Assembly (NCBI GenBank): GCA_020356085.1 | Contig: CP070633.1 | Span: forward strand, 1,158,772 to 1,192,786 | Length of the DNA: 34,015 nucleotides | From: Candidatus Coatesbacteria bacterium | GTDB taxonomy: Bacteria > RBG-13-66-14 > B26-G2 > WVWN01 | Direction of reading: 5' to 3' | Shown: in pieces, positions 16,746-26,128 of the stretch | Layout: each line of letters starts with the position of its first letter | Numbering within the stretch: the stretch's first letter is position 1 | Notes under the pieces: generated by a model | Databases searched by the model: none | What the model saw: only the letters and a program-made list of their open reading frames with translations | Told to the model about the DNA's origin: nothing | Translations under genes and position numbers: made by a program

Positions 16746-17534
16746 ATGCGGTCGAAAATTTTTGGGGTAGCCGCCTTGGCCGTGGGCCTTATCGTAGTGG
16801 CCGGCTGCATTAACTACGATCAAGACCTCACGCTCAACCCGGACGGCTCCGGCACGGTAATGATCCGCTACGACAGCGCGGCCCAAAAACCGGGCGGCGA
16901 GAAAGCGGATATGGCGGCCGACGTCCCGATGCTCGCCTTCACCGAAGAGGCCATCACGGCTGAATACGATGGCTCGGGCGCAACGGTCCGCGATATCGTC
17001 GTCGGCGTCCTGGAAGGCAGCGAGGAAACGCCCGAGGCGACCTACTACCTCGACTTCGGCAACGTCACCGACCTTAACGGATACGGCGTATTCGCGATCG
17101 AAGGCGACAAGTTGAAGCAAACGTTCACGCTCGCAACCGAAGGCGAGAATACCGTCTTCACGGACCTCGTCCAGTTCAAAATGGAGGTCGAGGACCCCGA
17201 ACAGCTCTCGAGCTACGAATTCAACTACACGCTGAACTGCCCGGGCGAAGTCGTCGAGACCAACGGTACGGTCGCGGGCAATACGATCACCTGGAATTAC
17301 ACGCTCGACAAATTGATCAATAACGACATCGAGATGACCGCCACCTACAAGGGCGGCGAGGCCGCCGGCGGCAGCAAAATCGCCGTCATTATCGGCATTA
17401 TCCTGTGCGTAGTCATTCTCATCGTCGTCATTATCGTCATCATCGTCCTGCTTACCAAGAAGAAGAAGAAACCGGCCGCGGGAGCGACCCCGCCCCCGGC
17501 GGAGCCGACCGAACCGACCGGCGGCGCCGCGTAA
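16746..17534 (+). CDS. LppM/DUF3153-like lipoprotein with C-terminal TM anchor (paralog 2)
   Basis: Lipobox VAGC, then INYDQDLTLNPDGSG and YTLNCPGEVVETNG...ITWNY. Long Ile/Val TM, KKKKK and Pro-rich tail. SD AGGAGG. Confidence 0.75.
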   Translation: MRSKIFGVAALAVGLIVVAGCINYDQDLTLNPDGSGTVMIRYDSAAQKPGGEKADMAADVPMLAFTEEAITAEYDGSGATVRDIVVGVLEGSEETPEATYYLDFGNVTDLNGYGVFAIEGDKLKQTFTLATEGENTVFTDLVQFKMEVEDPEQLSSYEFNYTLNCPGEVVETNGTVAGNTITWNYTLDKLINNDIEMTATYKGGEAAGGSKIAVIIGIILCVVILIVVIIVIIVLLTKKKKKPAAGATPPPAEPTEPTGGAA

Positions 17535-17561
17535 AGCGACACGGACGGTAATGAAACCTAC

Positions 17562-17587
17562 GGGCGGCCCTACCCGGGCCGCCCTTT
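17562..17587 (+). terminator. Intrinsic terminator
   Basis: GGGCGGCCC-taccc-GGGCCGCCC-TTT. Confidence 0.55.
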
Positions 17588-17641
17588 GCGCTCCGCCCCG
17601 GCGGTTTCCCCTAAACCACCGGGGCCCCTCCTTCCAGCGTT

Positions 17642-18247
17642 ATGGCAAATCAAAGCCAAGTAATCGAACGGTTAATAAACGAGTTAACGAAGATGCCCGG
17701 TGTCGGCCGGAAGACCGCCCAGCGGCTAACGTTTTTCCTCCTCACCGCGCCCGACGACTACGTCGTGCGCCTCGCGGCGTTGTTGCAAGAGGTCAACGAG
17801 CACGTGAAGCCGTGCCGGGAATGCGGCAACCTCACGGAGTCGGACCTGTGCCCCGTCTGCGCGGACGACACGCGCAACCGCCGCCTGCTCTGCGTCGTCG
17901 AGGAACCGGCGGACATCCCGCTCGTCGAACGGACCGGCGAATTCAGTGGCCTGTACCACGTCTTGATGGGCGTCATTTCGCCGCTGGACGGCATCGGGCC
18001 CGACCAGCTCCGCCTGGCGGAACTCGTCCGCCGGGCCCGGGAGGGGGACGTCGTCGAGGTAATTGTGGCCACCGACCCCGACGTCGAAGGCGACGCCACG
18101 GCATACTATATCGCGAAACTCCTAACGCCGCTCGGCGTAAAGGTAACGCGGATCGCGCGCGGCCTCCCGGTGGGCGGCGACCTCGACTTCGCCGACGAGG
18201 TGACGTTGGCGAAAGCGATCGCCGGCCGCCACCTCCTGGAGGGATAG
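17642..18247 (+). CDS. recR: Recombination mediator RecR
   Basis: HhH MPGVGRKTAQRL, C4 zinc finger CRECGN...CPVC, TOPRIM CVVE, YHVLMGVISPLDGIGP, EGDATAYY, RGLPVGGDL. Confidence 0.97.
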   Translation: MANQSQVIERLINELTKMPGVGRKTAQRLTFFLLTAPDDYVVRLAALLQEVNEHVKPCRECGNLTESDLCPVCADDTRNRRLLCVVEEPADIPLVERTGEFSGLYHVLMGVISPLDGIGPDQLRLAELVRRAREGDVVEVIVATDPDVEGDATAYYIAKLLTPLGVKVTRIARGLPVGGDLDFADEVTLAKAIAGRHLLEG

Positions 18248-18268
18248 CGCCACGTTGCCGGGGACAGG

Positions 18269-18299
18269 AAAACCGGGCCCTCGCGGGCCCGGTTTATTT
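18269..18299. terminator. Bidirectional intrinsic terminator
   Basis: AAACCGGGCCC-tcgc-GGGCCCGGTTT with A and T tracts, between convergent genes. Confidence 0.75.
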
Positions 18300-18320
18300 A
18301 CGTACGCCGTTTAGACGCCG

Positions 18321-19091
18321 TTAATGGAACAAAGTCTTTACGCGTCCCAGAGAGGCCGGCTCCACACCCACCCCCTGGATATCGATTTTCCACAACCACC
18401 CGTTATCCGCGAGCGTGCTAAGCCAGAGATAGGTCCCGTCGAACGTCGCCCCCCGAGGGTCGTCGGCCGGCGGCGTAACCGCGGCGACCAGCGTGCCCTT
18501 GGCAACGCTTAACGCGACGATCCGGGTGCGTTCTCCGATCCGGTCGTACTCCGGCGCCCAGAGGTATCGGCCGTCCCACGCGAGGTCGTATAAAACGTAA
18601 TAGGAGATGAAAGACCGGATTACTTTGCCGTCGAAGCGCATCTGATAGAAGCGGTACGCCCACGTGCCGCCGTCCTGCGTACCCCATAAATGTAAGCCGG
18701 ACCACGCCAGGCCGCGGGCTACGTTCCATCCGGGCTTGAACGAGGAAACGACGCTGCCGCCCCACTCGAAACGGTAAATGCGGTTTTCCTCGTTATTCCC
18801 CGCCCAGAACCAGCGGCCGTCGTGGGCCAGCCCCCCCGTCTCTTTCCCGGTGGCGGCGAAGACGAACGACCCAACGGCATTGCCGGTGCGGGGATTTATT
18901 TTCCAAATCCGGTAGGGGCTCGTATTGCAGTAGCAGTACAGTTGGCCGTCCGCCCACGCCAAAGCCATCGGTTCGGCGGCGGGGGCGCGAAAGGAGGCGA
19001 CGACGTCGCCGAAGGCCCCGCTCGCCGGCGAAGCGAGCATCCCCACCGCGCTCAAGCCGAGCAACCACATCCAGGACTTACGTTTCTTCAT
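18321..19091 (-). CDS. Secreted beta-propeller protein with C-terminal VEPASLGRVKTLFH tail
   Basis: Signal peptide MKKRKSWMWLLGLSAVGMLASPASG. About five repeats of (G/A)LAWDGxxLW. SD GAGGTG before ATG 19091. Confidence 0.8.
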   Translation of the reverse strand: MKKRKSWMWLLGLSAVGMLASPASGAFGDVVASFRAPAAEPMALAWADGQLYCYCNTSPYRIWKINPRTGNAVGSFVFAATGKETGGLAHDGRWFWAGNNEENRIYRFEWGGSVVSSFKPGWNVARGLAWSGLHLWGTQDGGTWAYRFYQMRFDGKVIRSFISYYVLYDLAWDGRYLWAPEYDRIGERTRIVALSVAKGTLVAAVTPPADDPRGATFDGTYLWLSTLADNGWLWKIDIQGVGVEPASLGRVKTLFH

Positions 19092-19125
19092 AAACAACAC
19101 CTCGTGTTTAATATGTAACGGATAG

Positions 19126-19154
19126 ACTATAAAGGTTTCAGCGGGGATAGTCAA
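19126..19154 (-). promoter_or_regulatory. Sigma70 promoter
   Basis: Minus strand TTGACT, 17 bp spacer, TATAGT. Confidence 0.75.
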
Positions 19155-19167
19155 CCGAAAAGGCCGC

Positions 19168-19200
19168 CGGCGGCTCGGCCCCCGAACGGCCGAGCCGCCG
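19168..19200. repeat. Perfect 13-bp inverted repeat in a divergent intergenic region
   Basis: CGGCGGCTCGGCC-cccgaac-GGCCGAGCCGCCG. Confidence 0.8.
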
Positions 19201-19252
19201 CGTCTCCGCCAGCGGCTAATCACTGAAAAATCCCCCCGCCGGCAGGTTCTTA

Positions 19253-19261
19253 TGCTATACT
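19253..19261 (+). promoter_or_regulatory. Extended -10 promoter for the por operon
   Basis: TGcTATACT. SD GAGGTG precedes TTG 19330. Confidence 0.55.
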
Positions 19262-19329
19262 GGGTTTTGTTTAACGCGATCGTGAAAAACGGAACGAACC
19301 CCGACTTTACGTAATCGAGGTGATAAAAA

Positions 19330-19908
19330 TTGCCGGACGACGTTTTAGAAATCCGGTGGCACGGCCGGGGCGGCCAAGGCGTTAAGACGGCGGCGATGCT
19401 CTTTGCCGAGGCGGCGTTCGAAGGGGGAAAGTTTATCCAGGGTTTCTCGGACTACGGCCCCGAACGGTCCGGCGCCCCCATCCAGGGTTTCACCCGGGTA
19501 AGCGATAAACCCATAACCCTCCACAACTTCATTACCGAGCCAGACGTCGTCGTTATCCTCGACCCTACGCTGCTGGGGACGGTACCCGTCGCCGAAGGGC
19601 TCCGGCCGGGAGGCAAGGTACTGGTCAATAGTTCGCGCGACCCGGCGGAAGTCGCCGCCGTTCTGGGCGTCGACGCGAGCCAGGTTTACGTCGTGGACGC
19701 GAAGACGATATCGCTGGAGGTTATGGGTAGGGACATGCCGAACTCGCCGATGATCGGCGCTCTGGTCAAGGTCCTCGGGACGGTCGAACTCCCCTGGGTT
19801 AACGAAACTTTCGAGAAAAAATTCGGCGCGAAGTCGAAAACGGTAGTGGAAACCAACGTCGCGGCCATTAAACGGGCGTACGACGAAGTCCGCGGAACGT
19901 CGAAGTAG
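19330..19908 (+). CDS. porC: Pyruvate/2-oxoacid:ferredoxin oxidoreductase gamma subunit
   Basis: EIRWHGRGGQGVKTA, YGPERSGAP, PNSPMIGAL. Confidence 0.93.
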   Translation: MPDDVLEIRWHGRGGQGVKTAAMLFAEAAFEGGKFIQGFSDYGPERSGAPIQGFTRVSDKPITLHNFITEPDVVVILDPTLLGTVPVAEGLRPGGKVLVNSSRDPAEVAAVLGVDASQVYVVDAKTISLEVMGRDMPNSPMIGALVKVLGTVELPWVNETFEKKFGAKSKTVVETNVAAIKRAYDEVRGTSK

Positions 19909-19928
19909 CGCCGGGAGGCAATCGCCCC

Positions 19929-20216
19929 ATGGAAAAGAAGAAAGGTTGGAAAGAAATCCCCCTCGGCGGCTTAATCACGGAGGCGGGCAACGCCGAAGAA
20001 TACGATACCGGGTCTTGGAGAACGTTCAAGCCGGTATTAGACGCCGAGGCGTGCAATAACTGCCTGTTGTGTTGGATCTTCTGTCCCGATACCTCCGTCC
20101 TGGTGGAGAACGAAGAAGTCAAGGGGTTCGACTACAAGCACTGCAAAGGGTGCGGCATTTGCGCCGCCGAATGTCCCAAGAACGCCATCGAAATGGTTTT
20201 AGACGAAGAGGAGTAG
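19929..20216 (+). CDS. porD: POR delta subunit (2x[4Fe-4S] ferredoxin-like)
   Basis: TGSWRTFKP, CNNCLLCWIFCP, CKGCGICAAECP. Confidence 0.95.
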   Translation: MEKKKGWKEIPLGGLITEAGNAEEYDTGSWRTFKPVLDAEACNNCLLCWIFCPDTSVLVENEEVKGFDYKHCKGCGICAAECPKNAIEMVLDEEE

Positions 20217-20223
20217 ACGTCTC

Positions 20224-21420
20224 ATGGCCGGACCTTCGGTACAATCCCTCAAGCTCCCGCTGACGGGCAACGACGCCGCGGCCTACGCCATGAAGCAAGT
20301 CAACCCCGACGTCGTGGCCGCTTACCCCATCACGCCCCAAACGGAGCTTATGCAAACCTTCGCGGAATACGTCCACGACGGCGAGGTGGATACCGAGCTC
20401 ATCACCGCCGAGAGCGAGCACTCGGCGATGAGCGCGTGCGTCGGCGCCGCGGCCGCGGGAGCCCGCACCATGACGGCGACCTCCGCGAACGGCTTCGCGT
20501 TAATGTGGGAGGTGCTCTATATCGCAGCTTCGCTCCGCCTCCCTATTACGATGACCGTCGTCAATCGCGCGCTCTCCGGCCCCATCAACATCCACTGCGA
20601 CCACTCCGATTCGATGGGGGCCCGCGATGCCGGGTGGATTCAGCTCTACGCCGAAAACCCCCAGGAGGCGTACGACCTCTTGCTCGTCGCGCTGAAGGCC
20701 GCGGAAAACCACGACGTCCTCCTGCCGGCGATGGTCATGTACGACGGCTTCATTATCAGCCATACGATGGAAGTCGTGGAGACGCTCCCCGACGAAGCCG
20801 TACGAGAGTTCGTCGGCCCGTACAAACCGGCCTACGCCATGCTGCTGGATAAAAAGCCGTTCACCGTGGGCCCGTTGGACTTCCACGATTACTATTTCGA
20901 GCACAAACGCCAGGAGATCGAGGGCATGCTCCACGCGCCAGCGGCGCTGGCCGCGTCGGCGGCCGAGTTCGAGGGCTTGACCGGCCGCTCCTACGGCCCC
21001 CTCGAAACCTACCGCGCCGACGACGCGGAGGTTATCATGGTCGCGCTCGGGTCCACCGCCGGCACGGCCCGGTACGCCGTCGACGCCTTACGGGAGCAAG
21101 GCCACGCCGTCGGCCTGATGAAACTGCGGACGTTCCGGCCCTTCCCCGCCGCCGAAATCGCCGCGGCGCTCGGCGGCGCCAAGTGCGTGGTAGTCTGCGA
21201 CCGCGTCGTTTCCTTCGGCGCGTTCGGGTCACCGACGTTCGCGGAGGTCCGCAGCGCGTTGTACGAAGTCCCCGAACGGCCGCTGGTGATAAACTACATC
21301 TACGGCCTCGGCGGCCGCGACACCGGCCCGGACCTCCTGGAACAAGCCTTCGAGGAAGGTCTCCGCGTGGCCTCCACCGGCGAGATAAAAGAACACGTCG
21401 GCTATCTGGGAGTACGCTAG
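20224..21420 (+). CDS. porA: POR alpha subunit
   Basis: GNDAAA, AYPITPQT, ESEHSAMS, TATSANG, NRALSGPINIHCDHSD, RTFRPFP, GLGGRD. Confidence 0.95.
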   Translation: MAGPSVQSLKLPLTGNDAAAYAMKQVNPDVVAAYPITPQTELMQTFAEYVHDGEVDTELITAESEHSAMSACVGAAAAGARTMTATSANGFALMWEVLYIAASLRLPITMTVVNRALSGPINIHCDHSDSMGARDAGWIQLYAENPQEAYDLLLVALKAAENHDVLLPAMVMYDGFIISHTMEVVETLPDEAVREFVGPYKPAYAMLLDKKPFTVGPLDFHDYYFEHKRQEIEGMLHAPAALAASAAEFEGLTGRSYGPLETYRADDAEVIMVALGSTAGTARYAVDALREQGHAVGLMKLRTFRPFPAAEIAAALGGAKCVVVCDRVVSFGAFGSPTFAEVRSALYEVPERPLVINYIYGLGGRDTGPDLLEQAFEEGLRVASTGEIKEHVGYLGVR

Positions 21421-21449
21421 CGACCCCGGCCCGACTAAGGAGTCCCTAG

Positions 21450-22409
21450 ATGACTACGCTGAAAGAACTATCGCATCGCGAGGAACGGTTCACGGGCGGC
21501 CACCGCTTGTGCGCCGGTTGCGGCGCGGCCATCGTCGCCCGCCAGGTGCTGCTGGCCGCGGACGGGCCGGTCGTTATCGGCAACGCGACGGGGTGCTTGG
21601 AGGTCGCGACGACGCTGTACCCCTACAGCTCATGGAAAGTACCCTGGATCCACAACGCCTTTGAAAACGTGGCGGCCACCATTTCCGGCGTCGAAACGGC
21701 CTACCGGGCCTTCCAAGAAAAGGGCCGCCTCGCCGAAAAGTGGCATTTTATCGCGTTCGGGGGCGACGGCGGAACCTACGACATCGGCCTCCAAGCCCTC
21801 TCCGGCGCGCTGGAACGCGGCCACCGTATGCTCTACATTTGTTACGACAACCAGGCCTACATGAACACGGGCATTCAACGCTCCGGCGCCACGCCCAAAG
21901 GGGCCTCCACCACGACCGCCCCCGCCGGTAAAGTCATCCCCGGGAAGCTGCAGCCGCGCAAAGACCTTACCGCCATCGTCGCCGCCCACCATATCCCGTA
22001 CGTGGCGCAAGCCGCTCCCCACAACTTCATGGATCTCACGCGTAAAGTCGAAAAAGCCCTCGCCGTCGACGGCCCCTCCTTCCTCAACATCCTCGCGCCG
22101 TGCCACCGCGGCTGGCGTTACCCCCCGGAGGACACGCTTAAAGTCACGCGGGTCGCGGCGAATACATGTTTCTGGCCGCTCTACGAAATAGTCAACGGCG
22201 AATATAAACTCAACTACAAACCGCGAAAAAAGCTCCCGATTGAGGATTGGCTGACGTTCCAAGGGCGCTACGCCCACCTCTTCGAGGGCGACGGCGAACC
22301 GGAGTTGGTGGCCGAGATCCAGGCCGACGTCGACCGCGCGTGGGAGGACTTGCTGATCCGCTGCGGCGAACTCCCGCCGCGCGAATGCCGCGACGAAAAG
22401 AAAAAGTAA
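21450..22409 (+). CDS. porB: POR beta subunit (TPP-binding)
   Basis: GHRLCAGCG, ATGCLEV, GGDGGTYDIG, YDNQAYMNTGIQRS, PCHRGW. Confidence 0.95.
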   Translation: MTTLKELSHREERFTGGHRLCAGCGAAIVARQVLLAADGPVVIGNATGCLEVATTLYPYSSWKVPWIHNAFENVAATISGVETAYRAFQEKGRLAEKWHFIAFGGDGGTYDIGLQALSGALERGHRMLYICYDNQAYMNTGIQRSGATPKGASTTTAPAGKVIPGKLQPRKDLTAIVAAHHIPYVAQAAPHNFMDLTRKVEKALAVDGPSFLNILAPCHRGWRYPPEDTLKVTRVAANTCFWPLYEIVNGEYKLNYKPRKKLPIEDWLTFQGRYAHLFEGDGEPELVAEIQADVDRAWEDLLIRCGELPPRECRDEKKK

Positions 22410-22431
22410 CTGCCGCGTTTTGCGGAAGAAG

Positions 22432-22457
22432 AAAGCCGCCCTCCCGGGCGGCTTTTT
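22432..22457 (+). terminator. Intrinsic terminator of the por operon
   Basis: AAAGCCGCCC-tccc-GGGCGGCTTTTT. Confidence 0.85.
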
Positions 22458-22512
22458 CGCAACTAGCGCGGCCGCGGGTGTTTATCAGGGGGATGGAGTA
22501 TTCCGGTTTGCC

Positions 22513-22542
22513 TTGACCCGCTGCAACAATCTTTGGTAGAAT
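22513..22542 (+). promoter_or_regulatory. Sigma70 promoter for the TolC operon
   Basis: TTGACC, 18 bp spacer, TGgTAGAAT. SD AAGGA. Confidence 0.7.
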
Positions 22543-22575
22543 ACCGTAATTTATTACGTCAAGGATTACCCCTTT

Positions 22576-23880
22576 ATGAGACGGTTTGTGATTATGTTGG
22601 CGCTCGCGGCCGTTGCCGGAGCCGCGTTCGCGGAAGAAATCACGCTGGAAGAGGCGATCGATTTCGCACTGGCGCGGAGTCCGGCCGCCGTGGCCGCCGA
22701 CTCCACCTACCTCAACGCCCGCGCCGACCTCTATCAGGGGTGGGGCGGCATTATGCCCTCCGCCCAACTCTCGTATTCCGCCTCCCGCTACTACGACCGA
22801 GACGTCCTCCGGTTTAGCGGCTACGAGATTCCGGGCTACGTCCCGCCGGCCCACTACTATTACGCCCAAGCCCGCCTCGACCAGCCGCTCTTCGCCGGCG
22901 GCCGGCTGTGGTGGGGCGTCCTGTCGGGACGGGCCTCCGCCCGCGCCGGAGAGGCTGACCGGACGGCGCAGCGCCACCAACTCGTCGTGGACGTCGCCCG
23001 CGCGTATTTCGGCGTATTAAAAGCGGACGGTTTGCGGGAGGTCGCCGACCTCTCGTTGGAGGCCAGCCGGAATAATGAGGAGCTCGCGCTCGTCCAGTAC
23101 GAAACGGGAGCCCTCTCCCGCGCCGAATATCTCGCCGCCGTCGTGCAACGCGGCGCCGACGAGATAGCTGCCATCGCGGCCGAGTCCGCCGCCGTGACTG
23201 CTCGCCTCGCGTTCTTCAATACGGTAGGCATGGAACCCGAACCGGGTCTGGTCTTCGCCCAAGTCGAGGGCGAAACGCCGCCGCCGGACCTCCCCCCGCT
23301 TGAGCGGCTCCTGGAGGAGGCTATGGCGGGCCGCCCCGACGTAGTTAAGACGCGGGAGGAAAAACGCGTGGCGGACCTCGCGGTCCGCTCCGCCCGGGCG
23401 GGGTGGTTCCCCTCCGTGGGAGCCTCCGCCACTTACCAGTGGAACGATTACAACTCCCCCGCCGCCGACACCTGGGACGACTACGACGAGTGGACCCTCG
23501 GCCTCTCGGCTTCCTGGTATCTGTTCGATAGCTTCCAAACCAAGGCCAACGTCGATCGGGCCCGCGCGGCGGCCGCGCTCCGTCGTTCCGCCTACGAGCG
23601 GCTGCGCGACGTCGTCGCGCTCGACGTCACGAACGTGTACTACGAATATAAGCGGCAAGCGGAGACCGTGACCGTGGCCACGGAGACGGCCGCCGCCGCC
23701 GAGGAAGAATTCGCCATCGTACAAGAACTTTACGCCTTGGGCGGGGCCTCGACGCTCGAACTCACGGGCGCCCAAGCTCGCTTCGTCGACGCCGGCAATT
23801 CGCTGGTAGAGGCGAAATACGACATGTTAATCGCCGACTTCGACCTCCACCGCGCGCTCGGCGACCTTCCCTACCGCTAA
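22576..23880 (+). CDS. TolC-family outer membrane efflux protein
   Basis: Signal peptide, ITLEEAIDFALARSP, QPLFAGG, DVARAYF, AGWFPSV, two OEP repeats. Confidence 0.9.
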   Translation: MRRFVIMLALAAVAGAAFAEEITLEEAIDFALARSPAAVAADSTYLNARADLYQGWGGIMPSAQLSYSASRYYDRDVLRFSGYEIPGYVPPAHYYYAQARLDQPLFAGGRLWWGVLSGRASARAGEADRTAQRHQLVVDVARAYFGVLKADGLREVADLSLEASRNNEELALVQYETGALSRAEYLAAVVQRGADEIAAIAAESAAVTARLAFFNTVGMEPEPGLVFAQVEGETPPPDLPPLERLLEEAMAGRPDVVKTREEKRVADLAVRSARAGWFPSVGASATYQWNDYNSPAADTWDDYDEWTLGLSASWYLFDSFQTKANVDRARAAAALRRSAYERLRDVVALDVTNVYYEYKRQAETVTVATETAAAAEEEFAIVQELYALGGASTLELTGAQARFVDAGNSLVEAKYDMLIADFDLHRALGDLPYR

Positions 23881-24806
23881 TGCCGCTGCTCACGAATCGA
23901 GAGGGTCGCCTCCGGGCATGGGTTCGTCTCGCGCTGTTCTACGGCGCGGCCGCGGCCGCCTCGCTACTGACCATGATTACGGTCGCCGCAATCTCGCGGC
24001 TCGCCAGCGTCGGCGGCGAACATCCCCGTTTCGAATTCCCGGGAACTACGAACCCCTGGCTCTTGGCGGCGGCCGGGCTCGTAATCCTGGTACCCCTCCT
24101 TGCGGTTACGATGGGAGCGCGGAAACTCTTGGACCGGCGCCCGCCGCTTCTCTCGTTGGGACTGCGGCCGCGCGCCGCCCCCCGCGGCCTGGCGTGGGGT
24201 TTCGTCGGAGGCGCGGCCTTTTTGAGCCTTACCTCCGGGATACTCGCGCTCGCGGGAGGCGCCAGGTTCGAATACGTCGACCTCACGGCGGCCGCGCTGG
24301 CGTACGTACCGGCGACGCTGGTTTTCTTCGCTATCGCCGGGACCGCTGAGGAATTACTCCTCCGCGGCTACCCGATTACGGTATTGGACGAGTCATGGGG
24401 CCGCGCCGGCGCCGTTCTGTTAACCGCCGTCGCGTTCGGGGTCTTGCACCTTCTCAACCCCGGCTCCCACGTGCTACCGGCGGTTAACGTCACGCTCGCA
24501 GGGGTTATCCTCGGATTATTGTATCTGCAGAGCGGCTCGCTCTGGTTCGCAATCGGTTTTCACGGCGGATGGAATTTCGCCGAGGGTACGGCGTTCGGTT
24601 TTCCCGTCAGCGGCCTCCCGCTGGGGGCCGGAATCGTCGAGGCCGTACCGGCGGGGCCCGGTTGGTTGTCCGGCGGGACGTTCGGCCCGGAAGGGTCCGT
24701 CGTCCTCACGGCGACCTCCGCGGTCCTGATAGCCCTGATCCTCCTAAGGAAAATACCGTATCCGAAATCGGAACGGGCTTCCGCCGCGGAGGGGAGACCG
24801 CAATGA
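23880..24806 (+). CDS. CPBP family intramembrane glutamic endopeptidase (CAAX protease/Abi)
   Basis: AEELLLRGY, FGVLHLLNP, SLWFAIGFHGGWNF, GFPVSG, LSGGTFGPEGS, multiple TMs. Confidence 0.92.
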   Translation: MPLLTNREGRLRAWVRLALFYGAAAAASLLTMITVAAISRLASVGGEHPRFEFPGTTNPWLLAAAGLVILVPLLAVTMGARKLLDRRPPLLSLGLRPRAAPRGLAWGFVGGAAFLSLTSGILALAGGARFEYVDLTAAALAYVPATLVFFAIAGTAEELLLRGYPITVLDESWGRAGAVLLTAVAFGVLHLLNPGSHVLPAVNVTLAGVILGLLYLQSGSLWFAIGFHGGWNFAEGTAFGFPVSGLPLGAGIVEAVPAGPGWLSGGTFGPEGSVVLTATSAVLIALILLRKIPYPKSERASAAEGRPQ

Positions 24807-26128
24807 AACGCCAATTTCGCATGACCAAGATCCGGTGGGCCATAGTGATAGTAATATGGCTCATCCTCGTATCGTGCCCGTTGCTCCTCTCGAACTCTAA
24901 ACGGCAACAAATTCCGCCCGTCCGGACGGATGCCGTGGTTACGGCCGACATTACCTCCTACGTATCGGGGCCGGCGACCGTGGAACCCCGTGTCAGCGTC
25001 GACGTCTCCGCGAACATCATGGGGAAGGTAACCGCCATCTACGTCGAGGAGGGCCAACCCGTAACCAAAGGTGACCTGCTGTTGGAATTGGAACAGACGC
25101 AATACCGGGCCGGCCGCACGGAAGCCGGGGCCGCGTACCGCAGCGCCGTGCGCAGCCTCGAGCTGTCGGAAACCAAATGGAAAACCGCCAAAGAGGTCTT
25201 CGCGCGGAAGCAAGAGCTGTTCAATAAGAACCTTATCTCGCGCGAACAGTACGATCTCGCGCAAACCCAATTCGAGGCGGAACGGACCGAATACGACCTG
25301 GCCCGCAACAACGTCGTCCGCGCGCGAGCGGCGTTGGTCCAAGCCAAGGATTCGTTCGACAAGACCATCTACACCGCCCCGCTCGACGGCGTCGTGACGG
25401 CGCTCAACGTCGAGGAGGGCGAATTCACCGTCGTCGGCACTCTCAATACGCCCGGTACCGTGATGTTAACCGTCGCCGACCTGGCCGCCATGCAAGTCGT
25501 AACCGATATCGACGAGACCGATATCGTCGATCTTCGCGTCGGCCACCCGGCCTCCGTTACGGTCGACGCGTTCCCGGATACGATCTTCCGCGGGGAGGTC
25601 ATCGAAATCGCCTCCAGCGCCAAAGAGGAGGCCGTGCTCACCGGACAGGAAAAAACCTCCGCCGATTTCGAGGTTACGGTCCTGCTCGGCGGCGACACGA
25701 CGGCGCTCCGGCCGGGGATGACCGCGACCGCGGACCTCATCACGGCCAAAGTCGAAAACGTCGTCGCCGTCCCCATCCAAGCGCTGGTAACGCGCACGCG
25801 CGAGCAGGTGGAGGCCTGGAAGGAGAGCCGCGGCAAAAGCGCACCCGGGAAAAAAGGCTCGCCCGAGAAAATAGCCGCCGAATCGGACCTGTTTCGCAGC
25901 GAATACGTGAAAGGCGTCTTCATCCTGGAGGAGGAAAAACCGTTCGTTAGGCGGGCGCGCTTCGTCCCGGTCGAAGCCGGGATTATGGGCGACCGCTACG
26001 TCGAAATTAAAAAAGGTTTAAAGAGCGGCGAGACGATCATCGCCGGCCCGTATAAAACGCTCCGCCAACTCGACGACGGCGACCTCGTTCGCCTCGAACC
26101 GCGGGCCGCGGAACCGGAAGAATCGTAA
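24803..26128 (+). CDS. MacA/HlyD-family periplasmic adaptor (membrane fusion protein)
   Basis: N-terminal TM, lipoyl halves (GKVTAIYVEEGQPVTKGDLL; IYTAPLDGVV), coiled coil, IDETDI, LRPGMTA, VVAVPIQAL. Start at ATG 24803 (ATGA overlap). Confidence 0.92.
   Translation: MKRQFRMTKIRWAIVIVIWLILVSCPLLLSNSKRQQIPPVRTDAVVTADITSYVSGPATVEPRVSVDVSANIMGKVTAIYVEEGQPVTKGDLLLELEQTQYRAGRTEAGAAYRSAVRSLELSETKWKTAKEVFARKQELFNKNLISREQYDLAQTQFEAERTEYDLARNNVVRARAALVQAKDSFDKTIYTAPLDGVVTALNVEEGEFTVVGTLNTPGTVMLTVADLAAMQVVTDIDETDIVDLRVGHPASVTVDAFPDTIFRGEVIEIASSAKEEAVLTGQEKTSADFEVTVLLGGDTTALRPGMTATADLITAKVENVVAVPIQALVTRTREQVEAWKESRGKSAPGKKGSPEKIAAESDLFRSEYVKGVFILEEEKPFVRRARFVPVEAGIMGDRYVEIKKGLKSGETIIAGPYKTLRQLDDGDLVRLEPRAAEPEES

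Noticed and set aside
19280-19297. Rex-like operator upstream of por (TCGTGAA-N4-GGAACGA)
   Set aside because: The right half-site matches TTCACAA too poorly.
24569-24802. Extended start of the MFP ORF
   Set aside because: It overlaps the CPBP gene by over 200 nt. ATG 24803 gives a coupled ATGA junction and a normal N-terminal TM.
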